A DNA stretch of 64,000 nt from Patescibacteria group bacterium (GTDB lineage Bacteria; Patescibacteriota; Microgenomatia; Curtissbacterales; GWA2-41-24), in the NCBI GenBank assembly GCA_038063735.1, contig JBBTUN010000009.1:12491-76490 (forward strand). Reading direction: 5' to 3'. The translations under genes were made by a program, and so were the position numbers. The notes beneath the pieces are model-generated. The model was not told the origin of the DNA, searched no databases, and was given only the letters and a program-made list of their open reading frames with translations. Below are positions 9,069-19,377 of this stretch, piece by piece (position 1 is the first letter of the stretch; each line of letters begins with the position of its first letter).

Positions 9069-9437
9069 ATGTCCCGTTTTTTGCCTTTGGTGTTTTTGGT
9101 TTCTATATTTTCACTTTTTGGAATTGTCTGGATTATTTGGGACGTTGACCCAACTAACGCACCTTTATACGTATTTGCTATTTTGACGCTTCTGGTGACA
9201 CTGGCTGTGTGGGGATTTTTGGGACTTTCCCTGTATTTTATAAGGACAAGGTTTTACAGGCGATTTTCTAAAAACTGGTATATATACACTTCGTTTAAGA
9301 TGGCTTTTTTTGTAGCTTTGTTTGCCGGGCTGGCCTGCGGACTTACGGTCATCAAGCTGATATCAATTTTTAATCTGATGCTGGCGATTTTGGCGGTTGG
9401 ATTATTTGCTACCTGGAGTTTTTTGGGGAAGAAATAG
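9069..9437 (+). CDS. small polytopic membrane protein, hypothetical
   Basis: The track ORF begins at a GTG (9033) inside a conserved promoter-like motif. The first in-frame ATG is at 9069 (MSRFLPLVFLVSIF...). Four hydrophobic helices. Confidence 0.35.
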   Translation: MSRFLPLVFLVSIFSLFGIVWIIWDVDPTNAPLYVFAILTLLVTLAVWGFLGLSLYFIRTRFYRRFSKNWYIYTSFKMAFFVALFAGLACGLTVIKLISIFNLMLAILAVGLFATWSFLGKK

Positions 9438-9477
9438 AAGTTACAAGTTCTAAGTTATAAGTCGCAAGTTAAATTTA

Positions 9478-9957
9478 TCACTTATCACTTAAAATAATTA
9501 TCCCTTCGCGCCAGCCGCCCGGGTCTTTAATGTTTTTGGCGTCTTTGGTGATGATGTGAGTTGTTATTGCAATTGCCTTGTTTTTGTAGTCTGTCGGGAT
9601 TTGCCAGTTTAATTTGTAAGGAGCTTGAGTTACCTCGCCTATCATATTCCATTTGCCATCCGCATATGTTTTTGCCCAAAACTCTACTTTTTGGGCATTT
9701 TGAGGTTCATCTACCGAAAGCTCTATAGGCAGACTATCTGTTTTTACGATATCTCCAGCAGCAGGGCTTATTATTCTTCCACCCTGGGAAATAGTCTGCT
9801 CGTTTATTCCGCCCGAAGATTTTTGGGTGAGGAGTGGTCTAATTATTAAAAAAATAATAATTAGCGCAAAAATAACCAGAGCTACAGCTCCAATTGGGTT
9901 TATTGGCCATCCTTTTTCTCCTTTTTCGACCGGACCGCGTTTCTCTCCTTCTGGCAT
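9478..9957 (-). CDS. membrane-anchored exported hypothetical protein
   Basis: 159 aa with an N-terminal TM helix (ALVIFALIIIFLIIRPLL) followed by a soluble domain. No recognised family. Confidence 0.35.
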   Translation of the reverse strand: MPEGEKRGPVEKGEKGWPINPIGAVALVIFALIIIFLIIRPLLTQKSSGGINEQTISQGGRIISPAAGDIVKTDSLPIELSVDEPQNAQKVEFWAKTYADGKWNMIGEVTQAPYKLNWQIPTDYKNKAIAITTHIITKDAKNIKDPGGWREGIIILSDK

Positions 9958-10032
9958 ATGAAGCCTATTATATCAAGACTTTGACAGACGCGTAATTGGT
10001 GCTTGTGTTTGCGGCTCTACCCGATAGATAAA

Positions 10033-10102
10033 TTTTGATAATTCAGAAGCTCTGGGTATCAAAATCAGTTCACTATTCAATGAGCCGATTTTGATATAGA
10101 AT
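10033..10102. promoter_or_regulatory. candidate operator/promoter upstream of the PBP gene: TTTTGATA x3 including inverted repeat TATCAAAATC-N21-GATTTTGATA overlapping TATAGAAT
   Basis: Seen directly at 10033-10040, 10057-10066 and 10088-10097. The -10-like TATAGAAT is at 10095-10102, 39 nt upstream of the ATG at 10141. Confidence 0.35.
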
Positions 10103-10140
10103 ACAGGAGTTTTCTAATTTAATTATCTTCCACAAATTAC

Positions 10141-12549
10141 ATGAGAAAAGGACTATTGAAGCTGCCCCTTAAAATTTTGGATTTTATTGTGGGCATTTTA
10201 ACCTGGTTCATCCGTTTAGTTAGCTTTATGGGTGATGTCACGATCTGGATAATAAAGCAGTTTTTAAAGACAATATTCACCGTCCTTGCCAAGGCCCATC
10301 TTGATCTTGTTAAAACCGGTCCTGCCCATTTCTTTAGAAAAATTCTTCATAACCCTATTATCTATTACGAGAGAAGTTTTAAGGTTGGCCTTTTGACCAT
10401 ATTTTTGGGTCTGGTTGCCATGTGGTTTTTTACAAAAGATTTGCCCTCTCCCAAACAACTATCTACAAAACCACTCGCGCAAACTACAAAAATTTACGAC
10501 CGGAATGAAGTACTGTTATATAACGTATATACGGATGAGAATAGAACTTTGGTACCACTAGGTGAGATTCCAGAAAACTTAAAGCATGCAACTATTGCAA
10601 TTGAAGATAAGGATTTTTATAAGCACAAGGGTTTTGATATTTACGGAATTGTGCGGGCGTTTAGCAAAATAGTTCTTAAGCAAGAAGTGCAGGGCGGCTC
10701 AACGATTACTCAGCAGCTTGTTAAAAGTGTATTTTTGTCTCCGGAACGAACCTTAACGCGAAAAGCCAAAGAGCTTTATCTGGCATTTCGCGTTGAAATG
10801 GCCTTCCCAAAGGATAAGATTTTGGAAATGTACTTAAACCAAGTGCCTTATGGCGGGACTGCCTTTGGCGTAGAAGCGGCTTCCGAGCAGTACTTTGGGA
10901 AAAAAGTACAAGATTTAACTCTTTCCGAATCAGCGCTTTTGGCCGGTCTTCCTCAGGCACCAAGCTACTATTCCCCTTTCGGACAAGACCAGGGCAGGGC
11001 TAAGAGTAGACAAAGGCTGGTCTTAAATAGAATGGTGCAGGATGGGTATATAAGTCGCGAACAAGCGCAGGAGGCAGATGATGCGCCCCTTAATTTTAAG
11101 TCTTCTATCGTTGATATACGCGCGCCTCATTTTGTGACATACGTTCGGGAATATCTGGCAGAAAAATACGGTGAAGCTTATGCTGCCCAGGGCGGTCTGA
11201 AGGTAAAAACTACACTTGATGTGGATCTGCAGAACAAGGCGCAAAAAATAGTTGCCGATAATATTGATAAGTTAAAAGCATATAACGTGGGTAATGGCGC
11301 AGCACTGGTTACAAAACCCGGGACAGGAGAAATTTTGGCAATGGTTGGATCCCGGGATTTTTTTGATATAGAGCATGACGGTAACGTAAATGTGACAACG
11401 GCGCTTAGGCAACCAGGTTCTTCCATAAAACCAATAAACTATGCTACCGCCTTTGAGCATAAGTTAATAACTCCGGCGACAATTATTATGGATATTCCAA
11501 CAACATTTCCCGGAACACCGCAGTATAAGCCGGTAAATTATGACGGACGCTTTCATGGCCCTGTTGCCGTTAGAAATGCCCTTGCAAGTTCTTACAACAT
11601 TCCTGCTGTTAAGGTGCTGGCTCTCAATGGGGTCGGGGAAATGATAAAGCAGGCACGCGAGATGGGAATTAATTCGTTTACGGATGAATCGCGTTACGGG
11701 CTTTCTTTAACTCTTGGAGGCGGCGAAGTTAAAATGACAGAGCTTTCCACAGCTTTTGGTGTTTTTGCAAATAGCGGCGAGCGGGTTGACCTAAACCCTA
11801 TCCTAAAAATCGAGGACTCCAAAGGAAGAGTTTTGGAGGAGTTTAAACCAAGAACGGCAAAGAAGGTTCTCTCTCCGGCAGCATCGTATTTAATCTCTTC
11901 CATTTTAAGCGACAATGGTGCAAGGTCAGCCGCTTTTGGGGCCACGAGTCAACTTGTTGTTAAGGGGAAAACCGTTGCCGTTAAAACAGGGACAACAGAC
12001 GATAAACGAGACAACTGGACTGTTGGTTACACTCCAACTTATTTAGTTGCCACTTGGGTTGGCAATAATGACAATAAACCAATGAATCCGGCCATAACTT
12101 CCGGTGTTACGGGAGCTGCCCCGATATGGAATCAAATAATGACCGAGGTGCTTCACGACAAAGTTAATGAGTCGTTTAGACAGCTCTCTAGCGTTAAAGC
12201 TACCCAAATTTGTTCCACAACTGGTGGGCCGCAAAGAGAGGGTTGTGCAAATAGAGTGGAATATTTTATTGCAGGGACGGAACCCACCAAAGACACTTTT
12301 GTTAAGGCTAAAGTTTGGATTGATAATACAACAGGGCAGGTCGTGGAGCCAAATTCACCTAACGCTTCGGAGCAGGAGCAAATAATTTTGGAGGATCAGT
12401 TTAGCAAAAAACAGTATTGCGTTTCTTGCCCGCAGGTTTACCCATCACCCAACCCATCGCCGTCCCCAGCGCCAAACCAGCCCGCAACGACTACTGTTAC
12501 CAATGGTAGTGGGCAGAATAATAATCAAACGATTAATCTTAGTTTTTAG
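10141..12549 (+). CDS. class A penicillin-binding protein (bifunctional GT51 transglycosylase / transpeptidase, PBP1A-type)
   Basis: GT51 motifs EDKDFYKHKGFD and GGSTITQQLVK. Transpeptidase motifs SSIKP (SxxK), SYN (SxN) and KTGTT. N-terminal TM anchor and a Pro/Ser-rich C-terminal tail. Confidence 0.9.
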   Translation: MRKGLLKLPLKILDFIVGILTWFIRLVSFMGDVTIWIIKQFLKTIFTVLAKAHLDLVKTGPAHFFRKILHNPIIYYERSFKVGLLTIFLGLVAMWFFTKDLPSPKQLSTKPLAQTTKIYDRNEVLLYNVYTDENRTLVPLGEIPENLKHATIAIEDKDFYKHKGFDIYGIVRAFSKIVLKQEVQGGSTITQQLVKSVFLSPERTLTRKAKELYLAFRVEMAFPKDKILEMYLNQVPYGGTAFGVEAASEQYFGKKVQDLTLSESALLAGLPQAPSYYSPFGQDQGRAKSRQRLVLNRMVQDGYISREQAQEADDAPLNFKSSIVDIRAPHFVTYVREYLAEKYGEAYAAQGGLKVKTTLDVDLQNKAQKIVADNIDKLKAYNVGNGAALVTKPGTGEILAMVGSRDFFDIEHDGNVNVTTALRQPGSSIKPINYATAFEHKLITPATIIMDIPTTFPGTPQYKPVNYDGRFHGPVAVRNALASSYNIPAVKVLALNGVGEMIKQAREMGINSFTDESRYGLSLTLGGGEVKMTELSTAFGVFANSGERVDLNPILKIEDSKGRVLEEFKPRTAKKVLSPAASYLISSILSDNGARSAAFGATSQLVVKGKTVAVKTGTTDDKRDNWTVGYTPTYLVATWVGNNDNKPMNPAITSGVTGAAPIWNQIMTEVLHDKVNESFRQLSSVKATQICSTTGGPQREGCANRVEYFIAGTEPTKDTFVKAKVWIDNTTGQVVEPNSPNASEQEQIILEDQFSKKQYCVSCPQVYPSPNPSPSPAPNQPATTTVTNGSGQNNNQTINLSF

Positions 12550-13160
12550 TTGAGAAATTGAAAAGTGGAGAGGATTTGGTCAAACATAGAATAAGATTCT
12601 TGGTCTTCTTTTGGACGAATATCTATTCTCACAACATTAGATTTATCGTCGGTATAAATCCAATAATAAACAGTAGAGCTGTTTGCTCGATTAACATAAT
12701 AAGCAGGGAGTCCAGCGACCGTAGTTATCTTTAAGTCGCTACCCCCGACGACTTGAGCTTCAGAAAGGTCTTTCCCCCTTGCAAGAATGGCAAGCGATTT
12801 AGGATAGGGATCGATAATTGATCCTGCGGGCAAGGTTAGCTTATTACCTATGTAAAAAACTACACCTCCAGGGATTTCATCAATTTTTACCTCACTAGGA
12901 TATTTTATGCTAAACATAATTTGATCAGATTTATACGTTTTCCAATTTGCAGTTTCATCCTTCGCTGAAGCTTCGGTTGACAAGTCATCTTTCGGTGATT
13001 GTTTGGGTGACGGTGATGGTATTGGTGAGACTTGGGCGGGTGGAGTTGGTTGTGGAGGTTTGAGCAGATATTTTGAATTGATGTAAAAGATAAGGGCAAA
13101 AGAAAGCGTAATTACGGCGAGGATAATAACTGCGGTTGGGTGATAAAAACCTTTTTTCAT
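12546..13160 (-). CDS. exported hypothetical protein with Pro-rich linker
   Basis: N-terminal TM/signal (AVIILAVITLSFALIFYI), a PQPTPPAQVSPIPSPSPKQSP linker, then a globular domain. No family recognised. Confidence 0.35.
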   Translation of the reverse strand: MKKGFYHPTAVIILAVITLSFALIFYINSKYLLKPPQPTPPAQVSPIPSPSPKQSPKDDLSTEASAKDETANWKTYKSDQIMFSIKYPSEVKIDEIPGGVVFYIGNKLTLPAGSIIDPYPKSLAILARGKDLSEAQVVGGSDLKITTVAGLPAYYVNRANSSTVYYWIYTDDKSNVVRIDIRPKEDQESYSMFDQILSTFQFLN

Positions 13161-13162
13161 TC

Positions 13163-13951
13163 TTAATTGAACTTTTCGATGCCGATTAAATCTATAGAGG
13201 CGAATATGTCTTTAATTATTTTTTCATTTTCCTTATAAGGGGCATTAATTTTTGCGGAAATTGAAAACCCTTGATCTTGATAAATGGTAGAGGCACCAAT
13301 GCTTTCTGAATTGTCAGTCTCTGTTAAGTAGCACGCATTTATACTTTGAGTCTTTATTTGAATCTTGGACCAATTTTCACATCCTCCACCTAGACCCGAT
13401 CCGTATAAAACTTCTAATGTTCCTTCTGGGCCACCAAAAAAGAATTTTCTGTAAAAAGGATCAGAAAAAGTTGAAGTTTGTTTCCACTTTGGCGGAAGCA
13501 TTAATGTGAAGGTTTTTTGTGGGTTTGTGAATGAAATCCAATTTGTTGTTTTGCTAATTTTGTCTATGGTATTTTCACTTTGCTCAACTTTTACTCGATA
13601 AGGGATAGGCACAATTTCTTTTAAACTTACGTTTCCTAATGAAGATACAAAGTAGGTATTTTTTGTACTTTTGTCAGCGCAAATAAGGTAAAGGGTTACT
13701 TCTTCCCCGAAAGCTGGTGACAAACCTAGTCGCTGGGACAAAGAAGGTAATCTCATCATTGTGTCTCCTGTTTCGCTTGAATATTCTTCTCGATTTAATT
13801 CGCGACATGATTTATCCAGGGAACTTAGAACCTTATCTCTTGCAAATGATTGGCTTATCCAGGGAGCTTGAGCTATGACATAAATTGATAGGGAAATAAG
13901 AAAAGAGATAACTACAACTATTACAGTTGCGAATCCTTTGTGGGCAGGCAT
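13163..13951 (-). CDS. exported hypothetical protein
   Basis: 262 aa with an N-terminal TM/signal segment. Adjacent to and co-oriented with the previous gene (2-nt gap). Confidence 0.35.
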   Translation of the reverse strand: MPAHKGFATVIVVVISFLISLSIYVIAQAPWISQSFARDKVLSSLDKSCRELNREEYSSETGDTMMRLPSLSQRLGLSPAFGEEVTLYLICADKSTKNTYFVSSLGNVSLKEIVPIPYRVKVEQSENTIDKISKTTNWISFTNPQKTFTLMLPPKWKQTSTFSDPFYRKFFFGGPEGTLEVLYGSGLGGGCENWSKIQIKTQSINACYLTETDNSESIGASTIYQDQGFSISAKINAPYKENEKIIKDIFASIDLIGIEKFN

Positions 13952-14155
13952 ATAACTATTAAGGCATGTTGAGGACAGAGAGTCAAAAATTTAGAGAGTT
14001 GGAGAAACAAAGAGTCAGAGAGTGATAGTTGGTGAGTTGGATTTTAGGTGGTAGATGATAGATGATAGAGATTGAGGATCTTATTGTTCGACCTTGTGGA
14101 GAACTTCTCTAAATTTGAAACTTCTCGACTACGCTCGAAGAATACAATATAATTC

Positions 14156-15586
14156 ATGGCTATGAACAAACGTGTTTACATTGCCCAGGCTATTCCTTAT
14201 GTTAACGCGGCCCCACATGTGGGGCATGCGCTGGAATACGTGCAGGCCGATTGTTTGGCGCGGTTTTGGCGAGCGAGCGGATATGAAACTTTTTATTCGG
14301 ACGGGGCGGATGAAAATTCATTGAAAAATGTGCAGGCTGCGGAAAAGGAGGGTGTTCCCGTTCAAAAGTTAGTGGATAAATATGCAAAGACTTTTTCGGA
14401 TTTAAAAGAAGTTTTAAATTTGACCTTCGATGTTTTTAATAGGACATCGTCACCAAATCACTTTAAAGGCGCGCAGAAACTTTGGAGTCTTTGTAAAAAA
14501 GAGGATATATACAAAAAGAAATATCATGGACTATATTGTGTCGGTTGTGAACAGTTTTATACTCCGAGTGAGCTGATTGATGGCAAATGCCCGGAACATT
14601 TGAGTGTACCAGAGGAAGTTGAGGAGGAAAATTATTTTTTTAAACTTTCCAACTACCAAAAGTTTTTGGAGGATTTGATTGAAGGCGATAAATTAAAAAT
14701 TGTTCCTCAGGCAAAAAAGAACGAGATTACTTCCTTTATAAAAAGTGGCCTTGAGGATTTTAGTATTTCCAGATCTCGCGAGCGAGCTCGCGGTTGGGGT
14801 GTACCGGTTCCCAACGATAATAGTCAGGTGCTTTATGTTTGGTTTGACGCGCTGGTTACATACCTAACTGCTTTAGGGTTCGGATCAAAAGATGAGGGTT
14901 TGTATAAAAAATATTGGCTCGAAAATAAACAAATAATTCAAGTACTGGGCAAAGGCATCAACAGGTTTCATACAATTTATTGGCCGGCAATGCTGGCTTC
15001 TGCAGGACTCCCCTTGCCAACGGAAGTTTTTGTGCATGGCTATATTACAGTGGACGGGCAAAAAATTTCTAAATCACTGGGAAATTCGATTGACCCTTTA
15101 GATTTGGTTAATAAGTATGGATCTGAGGTAATACGTTACTTTTTGCTTCGCGAAATACCTGCTTGGGGAGATGGCGACTTTTCCGAAAGACGCTTAAAGG
15201 AGCTTTATAATGGCGAACTTGCTAATGGCTTAGGTAATCTGGTTGCCCGCGTTGCAAGACTTGCTGCTGATACAAAGTTAAATTTGCCGGAAAAGAAAAA
15301 TTACACTTTTAAGAAAGAAGTATCAGATTCTCTGAAAAACTTTAGATTCGACCAGGCAATTTTTTCTATTTGGGAAGAAATTTCTAAACTCGACAAATTA
15401 ATTAATGAACAAAAGCCCTGGGAACTAGAAAGCGCGGATCTAAAACGAGTGATCTCACCAATTGCGGTACAGATTCGGGAGATTGCTTTTAATTTGTCTC
15501 CTTTTATGCCAGAGACATCTGCAAAAATTCTGGCACAATTTACCGGTAATGTTGACCAGGGAAAGCCCTTGTTCCCTCGAATATAA
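14156..15586 (+). CDS. metG: methionyl-tRNA synthetase (short form)
   Basis: HIGH motif (PYVNAAPHVGHALE), zinc knuckle CVGC...CPEH, KMSKS variant KISKSLGN, and the MetRS-typical IRYFLLRE and GELANGLGNLV. Confidence 0.85.
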   Translation: MAMNKRVYIAQAIPYVNAAPHVGHALEYVQADCLARFWRASGYETFYSDGADENSLKNVQAAEKEGVPVQKLVDKYAKTFSDLKEVLNLTFDVFNRTSSPNHFKGAQKLWSLCKKEDIYKKKYHGLYCVGCEQFYTPSELIDGKCPEHLSVPEEVEEENYFFKLSNYQKFLEDLIEGDKLKIVPQAKKNEITSFIKSGLEDFSISRSRERARGWGVPVPNDNSQVLYVWFDALVTYLTALGFGSKDEGLYKKYWLENKQIIQVLGKGINRFHTIYWPAMLASAGLPLPTEVFVHGYITVDGQKISKSLGNSIDPLDLVNKYGSEVIRYFLLREIPAWGDGDFSERRLKELYNGELANGLGNLVARVARLAADTKLNLPEKKNYTFKKEVSDSLKNFRFDQAIFSIWEEISKLDKLINEQKPWELESADLKRVISPIAVQIREIAFNLSPFMPETSAKILAQFTGNVDQGKPLFPRI

Positions 15587-16393
15587 ATGTTAGTCGATAC
15601 TCACGCTCACCTTGATGCCTTAGAAAATTTGGAAGAAGTAATTGCGCACGCAAAAGCGGCGGGTGTTTCCAAAATTATCACGATTGGAACAAATATAGAA
15701 TCCAGTAAAAAAGCTATTGATATTGCGGAAAAATATTCAAATGACGACATTAAAATTTATGCGACAGTTGGAACACATCCATATGACGGCAGAGACGAAA
15801 TTGCCCAGCTGGGAATAGAAAAATGCTTAGCACCTATTAAGAGCCTGGCCGGATCTTCTAAAAAAATTGTTGGTGTCGGAGAAGCTGGGCTGGATTACTA
15901 TTTTACAACTGACAAAAAAATAGAGAAAACAACCGAGCAAGAAAAGAGTGTGCAAAGGAAGTTATTTGAGGCGCAAATTAAGCTTGCAAATGCAGTCGGT
16001 TTGCCTCTGGTTATACACTGTCGAGGTGGCTGGGACGAGATCTTTGACCTGCTTGGCAAAACGGGTTTGGAAAAGGGAGTTTTTCATTCATTTACAGGTA
16101 GTGTCGCTGATGCTCAAGCTGCTTGTGCTTTGGGTTTTTATGTTTCGTTTTCGGGAATAGTCACGTTCAAAAATGCAAAAGAAATACAAGAGGCGGGCAA
16201 AGTCGTTCCCAGCGACAAAATATTAGTCGAGACAGATTGCCCATATTTATCGCCCGAACCTTTTCGGGGACAGAAAAATGAGCCGGCTAATGTTAGAATA
16301 ACAGCTGAATTTCTTGCCGGCATCCGCAGCGCTTCATATAGTGAGTTTGCGCAAGCTTCAATGCAAAATGCACAAAAACTGTTTAACATCTGA
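15587..16393 (+). CDS. tatD: TatD-family metal-dependent deoxyribonuclease/hydrolase
   Basis: N-terminal LVDTHAHLD motif and conserved His/Asp pattern (HCRGGWDE, ETDCPYL). Start codon immediately follows the metG stop. Confidence 0.85.
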   Translation: MLVDTHAHLDALENLEEVIAHAKAAGVSKIITIGTNIESSKKAIDIAEKYSNDDIKIYATVGTHPYDGRDEIAQLGIEKCLAPIKSLAGSSKKIVGVGEAGLDYYFTTDKKIEKTTEQEKSVQRKLFEAQIKLANAVGLPLVIHCRGGWDEIFDLLGKTGLEKGVFHSFTGSVADAQAACALGFYVSFSGIVTFKNAKEIQEAGKVVPSDKILVETDCPYLSPEPFRGQKNEPANVRITAEFLAGIRSASYSEFAQASMQNAQKLFNI

Positions 16394-16455
16394 ATATTGG
16401 TTATTTTATGACTATAGGGTATAATTAAGCTCTAGATATTTTTCGAGATAGATGT

Positions 16456-17946
16456 ATGGTCAAAAGATTAGTTGAAAAATACGACAAACAGGTTCACAGA
16501 TTCCTGGAAATATTACCAGGCACGTTTTCGTGGACTTTGATACTGTTCCCTTTTTGGGGTTCTTTCTGGATCCCTCACTATGTTGCCTACTTTATTATAA
16601 TTTTTATAGTTTTTTGGTTTTATAAATCAGCATCATTGGCAATAACCTCTATTATTTCGCATCTTAAGCTTAGAGCATCGGAAAAATACGACTGGCTGAG
16701 TGACGCAAAAACGCTCTCCAATTACAAGAAGCTTCACCACTTAATAATTGTTCCAACATACAAGGAACCATTGCATACAATTGAGGCCGGAATTAAGTCG
16801 ATTGCAAAGCAGGATATTGATAAAAAACAAATATCGGTGTGTGTTGGATTTGAGGCACGGGAAGGCAAAGATGCCCGGGAAAAAGCAGCGGTAATTGAAA
16901 AAGAGTTTAAAGGCGTTTTTGCTAACCTTATTGTTTCATTTCACCCAGACATAGAGCGCGAAGTTAAAGGCAAGTCCTCAAATCAAGCATATGCCGTAAA
17001 AGTTGCCAAGAAAAAATTAATAGGCGTGCAAAGGCGCGATATCAACTTTATCACTGTAACTTCAAAAGACGCTGACGGGATACTAAGCGAGAAGTATTTA
17101 GCCTGTCTTTCGTATAAATTTCTTACCCAGGAAAACAGACATTTATTATTTTGGCAGCCAATTGTACTTTTTTACTCCAACATTTGGAAAGTGCCGGCAC
17201 CCATTCGTGTTATCAGCTCCCTTTCCTCCGTATGGCAAACAGGTCTTAACTCCAGAACTGACAGATTGGTTAATTACTCTATGTATTCCGTTTCTATGAA
17301 GCTTTTGGACGATGTTGGCTATTGGGACGTGGATGTTATCCCAGAGGACTATCGAATATTTTTCAAAACATATTTTGCAAAAGATGGAAAGGTGGACGTT
17401 GATCCGGTATTTTTGCCGGTCTATGCAGATGCTGCAGAGTCCACTGGTTACGTCAAATCTCTTTTTAACCTGTATGAACAGGAAAAAAGATGGGCCTGGG
17501 GAGTTAGCGACGATGCCTATTTTATTAAGAAATGGTTAACTTACACACATATACCTTTTTGGCAAAGGACAATTAGGGTTTTTAAGGTGCTGGAAGATCA
17601 CTTTTTGTGGCCAGTGCATTGGTTTGTTATTACGCTTGGTGCCACAATTCCGGTTCTTTTGAACCCTGCGTTTGCGCAAACCGTGATGGGCCAAAACTTG
17701 CCTAGAATTTCTTTTGGAATACTCACAAGCTGCTGGGTATTTTTGGCAATAGTTCTTTTAATTGATATTAGACAGAGGCCAAAAAGAGAAGGCAAAGTGG
17801 GTATTTTAAAGAAGCTTGTTACGCCTTTTGAATTTATTATGATGCCGGTGGTAACACTAATTTTTACCGCTCTTCCAGGAATTGATGCCCACACGCGTTT
17901 GATGTTGGGTAAATACCTTGAGTACAAGGTCACCGAGAAAGTGTAG
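16456..17946 (+). CDS. membrane-embedded processive family-2 glycosyltransferase (cellulose/chitin/hyaluronan-synthase-like)
   Basis: N- and C-terminal TM helices flank a cytoplasmic domain carrying IIVPTYKEP, DAD (DxD), EDYRIF and YEQEKRWAWG (QxxRW) motifs, diagnostic of processive GT2 synthases. Confidence 0.5.
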   Translation: MVKRLVEKYDKQVHRFLEILPGTFSWTLILFPFWGSFWIPHYVAYFIIIFIVFWFYKSASLAITSIISHLKLRASEKYDWLSDAKTLSNYKKLHHLIIVPTYKEPLHTIEAGIKSIAKQDIDKKQISVCVGFEAREGKDAREKAAVIEKEFKGVFANLIVSFHPDIEREVKGKSSNQAYAVKVAKKKLIGVQRRDINFITVTSKDADGILSEKYLACLSYKFLTQENRHLLFWQPIVLFYSNIWKVPAPIRVISSLSSVWQTGLNSRTDRLVNYSMYSVSMKLLDDVGYWDVDVIPEDYRIFFKTYFAKDGKVDVDPVFLPVYADAAESTGYVKSLFNLYEQEKRWAWGVSDDAYFIKKWLTYTHIPFWQRTIRVFKVLEDHFLWPVHWFVITLGATIPVLLNPAFAQTVMGQNLPRISFGILTSCWVFLAIVLLIDIRQRPKREGKVGILKKLVTPFEFIMMPVVTLIFTALPGIDAHTRLMLGKYLEYKVTEKV

Positions 17947-18030
17947 TTAGTTCATGGTTTTATGATAGCTCCCTAGATTCCCATTTGCGAATTGTTATCT
18001 AGCATTGTTTGTGACTATACTAACTAGCAG

Positions 18031-19377
18031 ATGTTTAATTTTCTTGCCCAAAATTATCTGACGCGCGGTTTTTGGGGGGACGAGGCGTGGACTTCTATGA
18101 TTTCACTGCTTCCCTACACGCAGATGTTAAAGACGACGGCTGCAGATTTTCATCCTCCAGGTTACTACACCATTGTGGGGCTTGTTTACAGGTTTTTGCC
18201 CCCTACCGAGATTAATACCAGACTTGTTTCCTTAGTTTTTTACTTTCTGACGCTTTTTATGGTTTATAAGCTGGCCAGTTATGTGAAGGGGGGTACTTTT
18301 GGGGTTTTGAGTGCATTGGTCGTGGCCTTAAATCCTATATTCTTTACATATGCATTTGAGGCAAGGAATTACACAATGTTTGCCTTTGTAGCTACGGGGT
18401 CTGTATTTTTTCTGATTGAACTGTCTAAAAAGTTTTCAAAAGCACGCGCTATTGCATTTATTTTGTTTACAACACTTGGAATGTACACACATTACTACAT
18501 GTTTTTTATTTTAGGGGCGCAAGGCATTTATCTTCTGCTTTTTGATAGAAAAATATTTCTTAAGATGATGCTTCTTTACGTTGTTGTAGGGGTGTTGTAC
18601 CTACCCTGGTTGAAGGCTCTGGTGGGACAACTTACGTCGGTTTCCTCAAGCTACTGGATAGCTCCGATTGATTGGCGGCACACGCATTACGAGGCTCTAC
18701 TTAGAATTTTAGGCGGTGAGCAAAAGAATGACGTGTTAAATATATTTTCTCTGAGAGACACATTGTTTTGGTTGTCTATAAGTTTACTTGGACTAGGGGT
18801 TGTGCAGCATATTTTGCGCCATAAATTCGAAAAGCCGTATCTTTTAATTTGGCTTTGGGCAGTTGTCCCTTTTATTCTGGCAACTCTGCCCGGGCTTCAG
18901 GTTGACGGTTTTAAATTCCCGTTTAGGCCAATATTTTTTTGGAGGTATTTAATTGGGTCTTCCATTCCGCTTTCTATGGTGATTGTTCACGCCGGCCTAA
19001 AACTTCCCAAGCAAATGGCTTTAGTTCTTATTGGTGCGATTATATTGTTGTCGGCAATTGTCGATGTGCGGACTTTTAGTTCATCTCCGTATTCATTCCG
19101 GGAAGAGTATCAAAATAAGGTGTTAGAACAAATTGAGACGAGTGATGATATTGTGACTATTTTACCTTCGTTTGCCGAAGTTATATATTATAAGGACCGG
19201 AATGGTTTAAGCAACAATTTGATTGTTTCACCCGAAGGCCTTGTGCAGTCATCCGGTAAAAGCTTGCTGGACACGTACGTTGAGAATGGTAAAGTAACTC
19301 TTGGAGAGAGTAAAGGCGCTAATTTTGAACTGCGTCGAGACGACAACGGACAGATTAAGACTATTAATGATAGATGA
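18031..19377 (+). CDS. GT-C fold polytopic glycosyltransferase (ArnT/PMT/arabinosyltransferase-like)
   Basis: 448 aa, with an acidic FWGDEAW motif in the first extracytoplasmic loop and about 11 TM helices, typical of lipid-phosphate-sugar dependent GT-C enzymes. Confidence 0.45.
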   Translation: MFNFLAQNYLTRGFWGDEAWTSMISLLPYTQMLKTTAADFHPPGYYTIVGLVYRFLPPTEINTRLVSLVFYFLTLFMVYKLASYVKGGTFGVLSALVVALNPIFFTYAFEARNYTMFAFVATGSVFFLIELSKKFSKARAIAFILFTTLGMYTHYYMFFILGAQGIYLLLFDRKIFLKMMLLYVVVGVLYLPWLKALVGQLTSVSSSYWIAPIDWRHTHYEALLRILGGEQKNDVLNIFSLRDTLFWLSISLLGLGVVQHILRHKFEKPYLLIWLWAVVPFILATLPGLQVDGFKFPFRPIFFWRYLIGSSIPLSMVIVHAGLKLPKQMALVLIGAIILLSAIVDVRTFSSSPYSFREEYQNKVLEQIETSDDIVTILPSFAEVIYYKDRNGLSNNLIVSPEGLVQSSGKSLLDTYVENGKVTLGESKGANFELRRDDNGQIKTINDR

